IMG/VR virus record: IMGVR_UViG_3300042346_000326
Span: 33,381 to 97,380 of that record
Strand: one strand, 5' to 3'
Source of the DNA: a virus
DNA length: 64,000 nt
Shown here: positions 46,370 through 56,546 of the stretch, piece after piece
Position numbering within the stretch: the stretch's first letter is position 1
How the letters are laid out: each line of letters starts with the position of its first letter
Position numbers and translations under genes: made by a program
Notes under the pieces: model-generated
The model's database searches: none
Told to the model about the DNA's origin: nothing
What the model saw: the letters and a program-made list of their open reading frames with translations, nothing else

Positions 46370-46893
46370 TTCTGTATCCAGACTTGATAGCCAGACTCAA
46401 TAAGGCTGTATTGCCCCTTGCAGACCTCTAGAACGGCATCTACGCCTCTCTTTGGCTCTAGGAATGGATTGCCGTTGTAATTCCATAGGTAATCATCAAA
46501 GGCCATTACACCGCCCTTCTCTAGCCATTTAAAGGCATTGAGGCCATCTAGAGCGGTCTGTAGCGCTGTATGGTCTCCATCTATATAAATGAAGTTAAAT
46601 GTCATGGCATTGATTGTAAAAAACTCATCACTTGTCATCTTGCACTTGACTACTCGGTCATCGTTAAATCGAGAGTCGTAGTACTGCTCAACAGTTTGAA
46701 AGTCAAGATTCTCGTGGGCCTTTTCTTCACTACCCTGCCAGGTGTCAACATCGTGGAGCCGTTCTATTTCTCGGTTGTTGAGCAACCACTCCGTTGCATC
46801 ACCTGTATATGTTCCAATTTGTAGAGCACGAAGTGGCACATTAGGAACATGACGAAAATATTTCTCAACATCTTTGAACCAGTTAGGAAACAT
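46363..46893 (-). CDS. class I SAM methyltransferase (Methyltransf_24-like)
   Basis: LQIGTYTG, VDTW, FIYIDGDH, GGVMAFDDY. Confidence 0.85.
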   Translation of the reverse strand: MFPNWFKDVEKYFRHVPNVPLRALQIGTYTGDATEWLLNNREIERLHDVDTWQGSEEKAHENLDFQTVEQYYDSRFNDDRVVKCKMTSDEFFTINAMTFNFIYIDGDHTALQTALDGLNAFKWLEKGGVMAFDDYLWNYNGNPFLEPKRGVDAVLEVCKGQYSLIESGYQVWIQKC

Positions 46894-47453
46894 TAGAACA
46901 ACTTCATATTATTAAGGCACCCGTATACATATTCAGGTGACATTTTGTGGTCATCTAGCAGATGCTGAAATAAGGCTTTGCTTTCTTCTTTTCGCCCAAT
47001 CCACCATCCAGATACAGCCTTTTCAAACATCAAACAGTACGGGCCGTTATATTCCACATAACCAGGTAGCGGGTTATTCTGCGTGGCTATCGTGAATTGA
47101 AGACCTAATTCTGAAAATGTAAATGCCTTCTGGTATTCCTTATTGCGTTCATAGTGTCTGGCTAACAAGAAGTAGGCTTCTGGTCTACCTGGCATAAATG
47201 CAATCGCATGATGCATCGTGTTTATTACTGTGGCGTTTCTGTCGCTCTGTCTAGACCAGCAGAGAGCCATCTTTAATAGCGAGGTATAGGTAAGTAATGG
47301 CTGGCTTTTATAACCATAATCTGCAGACCGTAGAAAGAATCCAGCAGCAGAAGCATGCTGTTTTAAGCGTTCATACTCTTCGCCTAATGCAAAGTTTTTA
47401 ATTGGGTCACTCGTATTAGACGCAAGGTCTATAACTAGGCTTTCAACCGACAT
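46893..47453 (-). CDS. TPR-repeat protein
   Basis: AIAFMPGRPEAYFLLARHYE; helical repeats. Confidence 0.7.
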   Translation of the reverse strand: MSVESLVIDLASNTSDPIKNFALGEEYERLKQHASAAGFFLRSADYGYKSQPLLTYTSLLKMALCWSRQSDRNATVINTMHHAIAFMPGRPEAYFLLARHYERNKEYQKAFTFSELGLQFTIATQNNPLPGYVEYNGPYCLMFEKAVSGWWIGRKEESKALFQHLLDDHKMSPEYVYGCLNNMKLF

Positions 47454-48444
47454 ATGCTAGAGCCTCCGTAATCATCTCATTAACCACATGACGAGGTGTC
47501 CGTAATACAAAGGCTGCATTGTCAGCCACTGAGAAACTTATCAACAGGTCATCTTCATAAACAGCAGCGCCTACACAAAACTCAATCTTTACATCAAGGA
47601 ATGAAAACTCTTTGCTCAAGCCTTTGAAGTTAAAGTCTTTATCCCAAACAATAAGGCGATGTCTGTATACAGAATCCTTTTGATTTAAATAGTTGCGCCA
47701 TAAAGCAACTTCGTGAGTAAAGCAGATGTAGAAATCGCCCCAACGAATTATCTGTGAACCACCACGTTGGTCTTTAGGAGAAGAAGGAGTTTCTCTATTA
47801 AAGGCTTGTTTACATTCAGGAGCATCAGGATTTGCCCAAACAACTTCTGTAGGCATAGTCCACTTAACAAAGTGATAAGGATTGTCAAGAATCGGCATCC
47901 AGTTCTTCTCACAATATGATGTGTCCTCGTCCACGGGCGCGGGCACGCGTACGCGAGAGACCTCTGTAGCAGTCCATTTGTCTTTGTCTAAATCTATTTT
48001 GGAGTACTCCATACGACCTTGACCATTAGGCGTGGTATCACGGCGCACACCAATCATGTACAGGTCTCCATTCCATCTAACAACACGGGCATCTTCAAGG
48101 CCGTGAAATTCCCAAATAGGTTTATGTAGTTCCAGCATCTTGACCTGTGTAGAGTTTTGTAGATTGAAGTTCTTGTCAAGACGGCAGAAGTAATTTGTGG
48201 TTGTTAAACGCTGGTCTCTTTCTGGATGAAGATACGACAATGGCCCCCAAGGGCTGAAGAACCGCTCATCGTTCTCGGAGATATAGAGGGTGTAGTTGAC
48301 ACATCTGACATTGACTAGGATATCGCCATCATCGTCTATAAAAACCGATGGGTTCATAATCCCCGTGTTATCAGGAAGATTGTGGGGAACTATAAGGGGG
48401 GATATTTTACCGCCTTGAGATACCGATTTATGCACCAAATTCAC
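47443..48444 (-). CDS. five-bladed beta-propeller glycoside hydrolase/phosphorylase (GH130-like)
   Basis: NPSV, GLEDAR, EKNWMP, RGGSQ, EFCVG. Confidence 0.75.
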   Translation of the reverse strand: MNLVHKSVSQGGKISPLIVPHNLPDNTGIMNPSVFIDDDGDILVNVRCVNYTLYISENDERFFSPWGPLSYLHPERDQRLTTTNYFCRLDKNFNLQNSTQVKMLELHKPIWEFHGLEDARVVRWNGDLYMIGVRRDTTPNGQGRMEYSKIDLDKDKWTATEVSRVRVPAPVDEDTSYCEKNWMPILDNPYHFVKWTMPTEVVWANPDAPECKQAFNRETPSSPKDQRGGSQIIRWGDFYICFTHEVALWRNYLNQKDSVYRHRLIVWDKDFNFKGLSKEFSFLDVKIEFCVGAAVYEDDLLISFSVADNAAFVLRTPRHVVNEMITEALAYVG

Positions 48445-48555
48445 GTAGCCACTTTAGCCCACATACTCAAAAAATACGAACTAATCTATGCATGTTTAGT
48501 CGTACAGGTAAGGGTTTTATCTGTACCTTACTGATACTGCTACATAAGGAGTCTC

Positions 48556-48882
48556 ATGGCAACAACCTATAAGGTTCTGGGTCAATCTAACCCAGCAGCA
48601 ACTACGGAAACTACCCTACTAACTACAACAGCAGCCACCGTAGTTTCAACACTCGCTGTCTGCAATCAAGCAGGCACAGCAGCAACATATCGAATTGCAA
48701 TTCGTCCATCTGCTGATGGAGCCACTGCAGCAAAACATTTTATTGTTTATGGGGCAACTGTTGGCGCTTCTGATGCAATTATGCTTACGCTTGGTGTTAC
48801 GCTTGCTTCTGGCGATAAAATACAGGTCTTTGCATCATCAGCAAACGTCTCCTTCACTGCATTTGGAAGTGAGATTTCCTAA
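48556..48882 (+). CDS. small virion beta-sandwich protein
   Basis: YKVLGQ..VCNQ..SFTAFGSEI; AAGGAG RBS. Confidence 0.6.
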   Translation: MATTYKVLGQSNPAATTETTLLTTTAATVVSTLAVCNQAGTAATYRIAIRPSADGATAAKHFIVYGATVGASDAIMLTLGVTLASGDKIQVFASSANVSFTAFGSEIS

Positions 48883-50354
48883 TGTCAGTACGTAAAGCAA
48901 GCGAATCTGGTGTTCAACCAGCAGTTACAATTCCAGATGTTCCAGATGCTCCAACAATTGGTGCCGCTACAGATGTAGGTACCTCTCGTGCGTACAATAA
49001 CGGTGCAGCAACTGTTGCTGTAACTGCAGCCGCTACTGGAGGCGCCCTTTCTTTTTATCAAGCAACTTCAAGTCCTGGTGGATTTACAGCAACTAGTGCA
49101 TCCTCTCCCGTAACTGTTACAGGTCTTGCCGCAGGAACTTCATACACTTTTATTGGTCGTGCTGGAAACTCAACAGCAGTAAGCACAACCACTTCAGCAT
49201 CAAATAGCATTACAGCAACAACTATTCCTCAAGCACCTACAATTGGTGCCGTCACTTCTTCTGCCTCACAAGAAGCAACAGTCAATTTTACTGCTGGAGC
49301 AACTGGCGGAAAAGCAGTTTCACATTTTACTGCAACTTCTAGCCCTGGTTCTATAACAAAAACTGGAGCATCTAGTCCCATCACTGTAACTGGACTTACA
49401 AATGGAACTGCGTATACATTTACCGTTACTGGAACTAACGCAAATGGAACATCTAGTGCATCTTCAGCAAGTTCATCTGTAACGCCAGTATCACCTGCAC
49501 CATCATCTGTTGAAGTCTTAATTGTTGCTGGTGGCGGTGGTGGGGGAGTTGGGTTTAATTATTCCTCTGGTGGTGGCGGCGGCGGCGCAGGTGGCTATAG
49601 AACAACTACTTCTTACGCAGTTTCTGGTGCAACTTCCTACGCTGTGGCTGTTGGAGGCGGCGGCGCAGGAGGAGCAGCAAGTGCTAGTATTGGAAGTAAC
49701 GGTGGAACAAGCACATTCGGTGCATTAAACTCATCAGGTGGTGGCGGTGGAGCAGGTAACACTGGACAAAACATTACACGTTCTGGTAACGCTGGTGGTA
49801 GCGGCGGAGGATGCGGCGCTTGGGACCCTCAATTAGGTGGCAGTTTTCAAGCAGGTGGCGCTGGCAACGCTGGTGGTTATTCTCCAGCAGAAGGATACGC
49901 TGGACGTGGTGTGACAAGTTTTGGTGGTGCACGCGCAACTGGTGGTGGTGGAGCAGGAACTGCTTCTCCTGGAACTGATGGTAATGGTAACCAAAATGGA
50001 ACTGCTGGCGAAGCAGGTGCTGCATCATCTATTACGGGTTCTTCTGTCACCCGCGCTGGTGGTGGTGGCGGTGGTGCAGGAACTAATGGCGGTGGCGCAG
50101 GCGGTGGTGGAACTGGAAATGTTGCAGATGTAATTGGTGGCGCAGGAAGTGCAAACACTGGTGGTGGAGGTGGCGGTTGTCGTCACAATGCTGTTGGAGG
50201 TGCAGGAGGTTCTGGAGTTGTAATTCTTGCTTATTCAGACACAAATCCACTCCCTACAATTGGTGCTGGGTTAACCTACACATCAAGCACTACAAGTCGC
50301 GCTGGTTACAGAGTGGTTACTTTCTTATCTGGCAGTGGAAACATTAATTGGTAG
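48882..50354 (+). CDS. fibronectin type III plus glycine-rich fibre/adhesin
   Basis: Two FN3 repeats (TVTGL..GT.YTF); IVAGGGGGG...GGSGVVIL. Confidence 0.82.
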   Translation: MSVRKASESGVQPAVTIPDVPDAPTIGAATDVGTSRAYNNGAATVAVTAAATGGALSFYQATSSPGGFTATSASSPVTVTGLAAGTSYTFIGRAGNSTAVSTTTSASNSITATTIPQAPTIGAVTSSASQEATVNFTAGATGGKAVSHFTATSSPGSITKTGASSPITVTGLTNGTAYTFTVTGTNANGTSSASSASSSVTPVSPAPSSVEVLIVAGGGGGGVGFNYSSGGGGGGAGGYRTTTSYAVSGATSYAVAVGGGGAGGAASASIGSNGGTSTFGALNSSGGGGGAGNTGQNITRSGNAGGSGGGCGAWDPQLGGSFQAGGAGNAGGYSPAEGYAGRGVTSFGGARATGGGGAGTASPGTDGNGNQNGTAGEAGAASSITGSSVTRAGGGGGGAGTNGGGAGGGGTGNVADVIGGAGSANTGGGGGGCRHNAVGGAGGSGVVILAYSDTNPLPTIGAGLTYTSSTTSRAGYRVVTFLSGSGNINW

Positions 50355-50364
50355 AGGAGACTTT

Positions 50365-50772
50365 GTGGCACATTATGCATTTTTAAACGAAGACAATATA
50401 GTAGTAAACGTCATTGTTGGACGCAATGAAGATGAGGTTGTAGACGGAATCTCTGACTGGGAAGCGCACTATGCAGAGGTAGTCGGAATGACCTGTAAAC
50501 GTACTTCGTACAATACTCATAACAATCAACACCTATTAGGTGGAACACCTTTTAGATATAACTATGCTCAAATTGATGGCACTTACGACCCTGTTAAAGA
50601 CGGGTTTATTCCAGTTAGAACTTATAAAGCCTGGACAGTTGACCCTGAAACATTGAACTGGATTCCACCAGTGCCCATGCCAGACAGCAGCACCTTAAAT
50701 GAAGGTGAGTCATACTATTGGAATGACCTTACTGATGAATGGCTTATTGCGACAGAAATGATTACAGATTAA
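50365..50772 (+). CDS. fibre-associated/chaperone-like protein
   Basis: GAGGAG RBS, MAHYAFL..RTSYN..FRYNYA..W.PPVPMP. Confidence 0.65.
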   Translation: MAHYAFLNEDNIVVNVIVGRNEDEVVDGISDWEAHYAEVVGMTCKRTSYNTHNNQHLLGGTPFRYNYAQIDGTYDPVKDGFIPVRTYKAWTVDPETLNWIPPVPMPDSSTLNEGESYYWNDLTDEWLIATEMITD

Positions 50773-51462
50773 TTATTTGTAGTTTTTTCTTTGCCAAAAT
50801 ACAGTTCTATAAGCGTCAAAAAATACTGTCTTTATTTTGACAACTTGATTTTCAATAGTTTCTTTCATTTTTGTTGTTGTTGATTCCCAAGAGTCTCTTT
50901 TAAAGGGTATTACTTGAACAAAAGGAGTTCCTTTTGAAATTATTCCTTCAAATTTTGGATTTGACAAAGTAAAAGGAAAATTAGTAGGAACGTGGTATTT
51001 ATCTGTATCTACAACTCCAGGAAGAATAACAATTAAGTTATCTCGGTGCAAAGGCGGTACAAACAAACACGAGTATCCTGATGGAGTTTTTATCCCCCAA
51101 TAATTATTTATTTTAGGAGTGTCAACTCCACTTGATACGGGATGTAGATAAAGTTGAGAGTTTCCATGAAAAGAAATATAATCTCCAGCAGGCCAGTGAA
51201 ACCAGGGTCTTCCATCAATTTGTTCTACGTAAATATCAACAGCAGTAGTAATTAAGTATCCTGTAGAAAGAGAGTCCAGAACAGGAACGCAGCGCTTTAT
51301 GGATGCCGTTGTTGCGGAATCTTTATGAGGTCTTTTTTTTCCTTGAACTTGTAAAGAATAAGATGGCATGTTTTTATACCATTCAGGCAAAACTTTTATT
51401 GCTGATATTGGCGGGTCTGTCTCAAATGGGCCATGGTCTATAAACTCTATGTTTTTAGTCAT
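50773..51462 (-). CDS. DUF6065-like protein (paralog 2)
   Basis: Shared family motifs; start reassigned to MTKNIEF. Confidence 0.6.
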   Translation of the reverse strand: MTKNIEFIDHGPFETDPPISAIKVLPEWYKNMPSYSLQVQGKKRPHKDSATTASIKRCVPVLDSLSTGYLITTAVDIYVEQIDGRPWFHWPAGDYISFHGNSQLYLHPVSSGVDTPKINNYWGIKTPSGYSCLFVPPLHRDNLIVILPGVVDTDKYHVPTNFPFTLSNPKFEGIISKGTPFVQVIPFKRDSWESTTTKMKETIENQVVKIKTVFFDAYRTVFWQRKNYK

Positions 51463-52150
51463 AGTTTTTCTTTCTCCAAAATGTTTGTTTATAAAACCCA
51501 GATACTTTTCTAGTTGAAAAATATCTATTTCTTTCTCCAATTTCAATAATATCTTTGTTTTCTTTTGAAGTCCAGTTCTCTCTTTTAAAAGGAAGTATTT
51601 GGAGTATAGGGGTTCCTTGGGGCACTATTCCTTCCCAATCTTTTTCAAAAACAAAAGGTACGTTTCCTGCGTTCACCCCGCAGTCTGAGTCTATTACTGC
51701 TGACAAAGTTTGGAACGGAAGGTCTATTCTGTTAAATGGATGACTAACAAAAGAACTATATCCTGGAGGTGTTCTAAAGTAATAAGGAAATTTCCATGCA
51801 TAAACATCGTGACCATACCTTTTAGAGATAGGCATTCCCTGAACAATTTCAGCAGGTCTTCCTTCTAAAATATCTGGTTTTTGATTCCAAGTAAAGTTAG
51901 GCACACCACCTATTTGACGAACTTGAAGGTCTTGCCAAAGTTCTGCAATGTATCCACTGGTTAGTGAGTCTAAATACGGGGCACATAGTTTTACAGTTTG
52001 ATGTCCTTCTACAGTGTCTGAATTTAATATTGATTTTCCACCAACAAATCTTTCTGCTTTTTTATACCATTCAGGAATATACTTCTTAGATGAAGCGGGC
52101 AGGTCTAGGTAAGGATGGCCAACGGCAAACTCAATGAGTCTATACTTCAT
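51455..52150 (-). CDS. DUF6065-like protein (paralog 3)
   Basis: Shared family motifs. Confidence 0.6.
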   Translation of the reverse strand: MKYRLIEFAVGHPYLDLPASSKKYIPEWYKKAERFVGGKSILNSDTVEGHQTVKLCAPYLDSLTSGYIAELWQDLQVRQIGGVPNFTWNQKPDILEGRPAEIVQGMPISKRYGHDVYAWKFPYYFRTPPGYSSFVSHPFNRIDLPFQTLSAVIDSDCGVNAGNVPFVFEKDWEGIVPQGTPILQILPFKRENWTSKENKDIIEIGERNRYFSTRKVSGFYKQTFWRKKNYD

Positions 52151-52266
52151 TCCTTAAACCTATCAAATAACCTAAGCATCTTCAACCCCTAAATTAGTAC
52201 CTTAATCTAGGGTAGGATAAAGGGTGATAGGCTGTCTCACAGTAACAAAAATAAAGGAGAGAACAT

Positions 52267-52761
52267 ATGGGGTATCAAATTTATGATAACTTTTTACCTG
52301 AAAAACAGTTTAAAGACATGCAGCATTTTTTGTTAAAAGACGGCCTTTGCCCTTGGTATTACAACTCGTTCATAGTTAATGACAATCAAGACACCTTTGC
52401 ATTTCAATTTACCCATACATTTTTACGAGGAAGTGACGACTACATTAGTCCCTATGTTTCAAAGATAGAGCCTCTTATTCATAAAGTAAACCCATCATCT
52501 ATCTTTAAGATAAAAGCAAATCTTGGGGGAAGAACTCCTACGAACGAAGAGGGCGGTTATCACACAGACTTTTCTTTTGATTGTAAAACTGCGGTCTATT
52601 ATGTGAACACAAATAATGGGTATACTTTATTTAAAGATGGTACAAAAATTGACAGTATAGAAAATCGTTTTGTAGTATTTGACTCATCTATGGAACATAC
52701 GGGAGTTTCTCAAACAGATACAAAAGTACGTTGTTTAATAAACTTAAATTATGTTTTGTAA
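52267..52761 (+). CDS. 2OG-Fe(II) oxygenase
   Basis: HTD..YYVNTNNG.T..ENRFVVFD..H..R..INLNY. Confidence 0.85.
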   Translation: MGYQIYDNFLPEKQFKDMQHFLLKDGLCPWYYNSFIVNDNQDTFAFQFTHTFLRGSDDYISPYVSKIEPLIHKVNPSSIFKIKANLGGRTPTNEEGGYHTDFSFDCKTAVYYVNTNNGYTLFKDGTKIDSIENRFVVFDSSMEHTGVSQTDTKVRCLINLNYVL

Positions 52762-52762
52762 A

Positions 52763-53491
52763 ATGACAAAAAATATCAAGTTCATTGCTCGTGACCCGTA
52801 TGGTTGGGAAGTCTATCCAAAACCATATCCAGCGGCTACTGCAGTGCCTTCTTGGTGGAAAGATTCTACTCCTTATAAAATTACTGACAATAATCCTGAT
52901 GGTAAAAAATTTTTGGTTGAAAATTTAGGTGCTAATACCACGTTTAAAAAATGTACTCCTATGTTAGACGCTCTTACTGCTGGGTATATTGTTCCTCTTT
53001 ATACAGACGTCCAAATGCGGTGGACACCAAATGGACCATTAGTTACATGGAGAGTGAAAGGTTCTGACGTATTTTCACCTCATGGGCCAGAAGGAAAAGT
53101 TCCTGGACTTGAAATTCCAACAGGGTATTCAGACTATATTTTTAAATATAACAATACTTGGATACCTAAAACTCCACCTGGATATTCTGTTCTCATTACA
53201 TCTCCTTTTGGTTATAGAAACCTTCCTTTTTACGCTATTCCAGCCATAGTAGACTCAGACAAAAGTTCTCTAGAGATTGTTCCTCCAATGTGGATAAAAC
53301 AAAACTTTGAAGGAATAATCTCAAAAGGAACTCCTATGTTTCAAGTAATACCCTTTAAAAGAGAAAATTGGAAAACAGAGTTTGATTTTTATTCTGAAAA
53401 TGAATACCAAAAAATAACTGATAAAACGTTTAACTCAACACTTGTAAATCACTACATTAAAAATGTATGGAGTAGAAAGACCTTCAAATGA
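52763..53491 (+). CDS. DUF6065-like protein (paralog 4)
   Basis: Shared family motifs. Confidence 0.6.
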   Translation: MTKNIKFIARDPYGWEVYPKPYPAATAVPSWWKDSTPYKITDNNPDGKKFLVENLGANTTFKKCTPMLDALTAGYIVPLYTDVQMRWTPNGPLVTWRVKGSDVFSPHGPEGKVPGLEIPTGYSDYIFKYNNTWIPKTPPGYSVLITSPFGYRNLPFYAIPAIVDSDKSSLEIVPPMWIKQNFEGIISKGTPMFQVIPFKRENWKTEFDFYSENEYQKITDKTFNSTLVNHYIKNVWSRKTFK

Positions 53492-54213
53492 AAAAAATAA
53501 CTTTTACAGCATTAACAGACCGTACTTTAAAACTTGAACCAAATCCAACACCAGCAAGTATGCATAGTCCAGCATGGTACAAAAAAACACCCAAATATGA
53601 ATCTGCAAACGGCGGTTCGCAGTCAATAGTTGAGTTTTTAAAAATTGACAACTTTCATATGACATTTAAAATGTGTCAACCATTTACCGATGCTTTAGTT
53701 TCTGGTTATATGATTACTCTTCCAGCGACAATTGTGGTTACACAAACACTTAATTCTGAAGGAGTTTTTTCTCCAAATATAAGATGGAACACCAATTGGG
53801 ATATTGTTGATGCTCAAAGCCCTTTTGTAGCAAGTAAGTTACCAAAACCAGAGGGGTACTCTTCTAATTTATTTAGATGGATTTCAAATTGGAAAATTGA
53901 AACCCCATTAGGTTATAGCGCATTGTTTATGCATCCTATATATAGGTATGACCTTCCATTTCATACCTTGACTGGGTTTGTAGATACTGATAAAAATCCT
54001 AATCCTCTTCTACTTCCTTTTTTTGTAAAAGAAAATTTTGAAGGAGAAATACCTTTGGGAACACCTATTGCACAAGTGTTTCCTATCAAAAGAGATTCTT
54101 GGGAAAGTAATATATCACAAAACATTTTGGACCCTTACGGACCCATGAGAGTAAAGCAAACTTTTCAAAGAGCGTATAAAAAATTGTACTGGTCTAAAAA
54201 ATCTTACAAATAG
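53488..54213 (+). CDS. DUF6065-like protein (paralog 5)
   Basis: Shared family motifs. Confidence 0.6.
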   Translation: MKKITFTALTDRTLKLEPNPTPASMHSPAWYKKTPKYESANGGSQSIVEFLKIDNFHMTFKMCQPFTDALVSGYMITLPATIVVTQTLNSEGVFSPNIRWNTNWDIVDAQSPFVASKLPKPEGYSSNLFRWISNWKIETPLGYSALFMHPIYRYDLPFHTLTGFVDTDKNPNPLLLPFFVKENFEGEIPLGTPIAQVFPIKRDSWESNISQNILDPYGPMRVKQTFQRAYKKLYWSKKSYK

Positions 54214-55143
54214 TTACAAACTTTTAGAAAACTCTATCCAAGATTTTTTAAAAACATCCAAAGAAAAACGAGAGTTTATGTGTTGTGCAGCATCTTTAGG
54301 GTCATACAGGTTTGACTGTACTCTTTTAATTGCATCATTCATAGTTTTTGCAAAAACCTCAACATGATTATTGTTTTCAATTTTATAAACCATACCCTGC
54401 TGTTGCCCAACCTCAACCAAAGCATCTTGGTCACTGTGAACTGGGATGCAGTTTGCACTAATGGCTTCTCCTAATGAAATGCAAAAAGTTTCATCAAAAG
54501 AACAGGGATAAGAAAAAATATGAGATTCTGAAAGAACTTTTCTTACAGTTGTATGAGGAGTAAGGCCATAGAACACTACTCTTGAATCAAACTCAATACC
54601 TGGAGCAGAAATATCTGGGTAAAAATTGCTAAAAACATTGACTTCAATATTGCCTTCAATCAAGGGCATTGCATTTAAAAGAACTTCTAATCCCCTATCT
54701 GCACTTGAAGTATATATGGCTTTTACTTTATTTACATTTTTAAATCTTAATACGTCATTTTCTACTGGTTCTATTACATTTGAAATAACAACTACTTTAT
54801 TTCTGTCTATTCCTAAATCTTTAACTACAGAGTTTTTTAAATGGTTAGAGACTACAACTACTGCTTTTAATTTTTTTAAAAATAAAGGATGACTAAATTC
54901 ATACAATAAATTGTAATTAAACTGATTAAATGGATTGTGTAACCATAAAATTGTATCTTTGTCATCTTTTAAAAGAGATTCAACAGAAGGCATGTAACCA
55001 GGCGCTATCATGCAGTTAAACTTGTTTAATGTTGGAACTAATGACTCTACATGAGTTTTAAACAGTCTTGCCATGTGTTCAGTTCCGCCATAGACTTCAG
55101 AGTTAACTTGAAACATTACTTTTCTCCAAACTGAGCCCACCAA
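54214..55143 (-). CDS. GT-B (family 4-like) glycosyltransferase
   Basis: GGTE, YTSSADRGL, ETFCISLGEA. Confidence 0.8.
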   Translation of the reverse strand: MVGSVWRKVMFQVNSEVYGGTEHMARLFKTHVESLVPTLNKFNCMIAPGYMPSVESLLKDDKDTILWLHNPFNQFNYNLLYEFSHPLFLKKLKAVVVVSNHLKNSVVKDLGIDRNKVVVISNVIEPVENDVLRFKNVNKVKAIYTSSADRGLEVLLNAMPLIEGNIEVNVFSNFYPDISAPGIEFDSRVVFYGLTPHTTVRKVLSESHIFSYPCSFDETFCISLGEAISANCIPVHSDQDALVEVGQQQGMVYKIENNNHVEVFAKTMNDAIKRVQSNLYDPKDAAQHINSRFSLDVFKKSWIEFSKSL

Positions 55144-55832
55144 TGCTCATAGTATTCTTTGTCTAAATAAACTTTTTTAATATGTCGTGCAATAGCGCCT
55201 GTGTGAGCAAAAACTGGAATTTCTTGTTCTCTTAGTTTCTCAAAAAAAGAAATGTCCTCACTTTTTATAGGCTTAATCAAACTAACATCGAAAAGATTGC
55301 CTTTTTTGTAAACTTTATACAAAGCATCTATTACAGACCTATGAATTAAAAGTAATCCCATACCAGCAGCATCTACTTGAACTAACGCATTATCAGGTAA
55401 AGGATGTACTGACTTATAGTCTTCTTCTTTTTTGTCATATAAAAAAATACATGGAAAAGGCATCCTTAAAACCCCATCAGTAGCCTTATAAGTCATGTAC
55501 ACACCAGTAATGACTGGAAATTTATCTTTATCTGCCACATCCCACAAATTATCAAAAATGTCTGGAGTTATGATTATGTCGCTGTCTAGCCAAAGCAACC
55601 AATCAGCAGTCTCATCTTCATACCATGAGTCCAATAAGTCTTGTCTTTGCCTAAAGATTTCGTTGCCCATCCTGTGTGTTACTGAGTACAAAGGGATATT
55701 ACGCTGTTGAAGGCGCAGCATCACTGCTATTACGCTGCTCATAAACGGACTTTCAACTGTGGAAGGGTCACACCAAGCGATGGTTATTGTTTCTTCAGGA
55801 GAGTGCATGAGAAAAACATACCACATTGACAC
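55116..55832 (-). CDS. GT-A (family 2-like) glycosyltransferase
   Basis: WLLWLDSDI (DxD), AAGMGLLLIHRSV, SEDISF. Confidence 0.8.
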   Translation of the reverse strand: MSMWYVFLMHSPEETITIAWCDPSTVESPFMSSVIAVMLRLQQRNIPLYSVTHRMGNEIFRQRQDLLDSWYEDETADWLLWLDSDIIITPDIFDNLWDVADKDKFPVITGVYMTYKATDGVLRMPFPCIFLYDKKEEDYKSVHPLPDNALVQVDAAGMGLLLIHRSVIDALYKVYKKGNLFDVSLIKPIKSEDISFFEKLREQEIPVFAHTGAIARHIKKVYLDKEYYEHWWAQFGEK

Positions 55833-55867
55833 CGCTTTGAGGTAAGTCCCACCCTACAATTGTCACT

Positions 55868-56401
55868 ATGCGTGGAACTAAAGTTCAGGGTCGATTTAAA
55901 ATAGACTTCGAAACCAAGTCTATGGATGAGGGCATGATTGATGAACTACGCGACCCTGTAGGAACCATAGTCAACTGGTGGCTCTGGAACCCAACAGAGT
56001 TTGATGAGAACTATGAAGACTTTACAGACCCTATATACGATGTAAGTAATCAGACCGATGGTCTTGGTCGTCGCTGGGATGAGCCTTTTGATTTGCCCGT
56101 TATTTTGGCGCAACAAATTCGTGGCAATAACGTAATGAATGAACGCGGTTTTTATACAGTAGATACTTTGCGCCTAGTAGTTGCAGTCGATGATATAAAC
56201 AGACTTCTTCCAGCAATGATTAGCGACCCAACGGCCCATATTAAGGACCGACTAATTTTCCAGAACACCGTGTTTACCCCTACCCGTGTAAACCCACGAG
56301 GAAGGTACAAAGAACGCTATTCTGTTGTTACAATTGACTGTAACCAGGTCAATGCTGAAGAGTTGGTCAATGACCCACAATTCCAGCAGTACGCAGAATA
56401 G
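55868..56401 (+). CDS. head closure/neck protein (putative)
   Basis: Position and size; TACAAT -10 upstream. Confidence 0.5.
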   Translation: MRGTKVQGRFKIDFETKSMDEGMIDELRDPVGTIVNWWLWNPTEFDENYEDFTDPIYDVSNQTDGLGRRWDEPFDLPVILAQQIRGNNVMNERGFYTVDTLRLVVAVDDINRLLPAMISDPTAHIKDRLIFQNTVFTPTRVNPRGRYKERYSVVTIDCNQVNAEELVNDPQFQQYAE

Positions 56402-56408
56402 GAGCAAC

Positions 56409-56546
56409 ATGACTTTTGAACCAGAAATCGACGTAGACCTCTTTGACGAAGATTTGGTAGAAGAAATTGACCATGAATTTGATATGGCCGAAGACTATGA
56501 TGACCATGCTTGGGACGAAGAAGAACTAGTAGAAGAGGAAGAGTAA
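56409..56546 (+). CDS. very acidic 45-aa protein
   Basis: AGGAG RBS; MTFEPEIDVDLFDEDLVEE...EEEE. Confidence 0.6.
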   Translation: MTFEPEIDVDLFDEDLVEEIDHEFDMAEDYDDHAWDEEELVEEEE

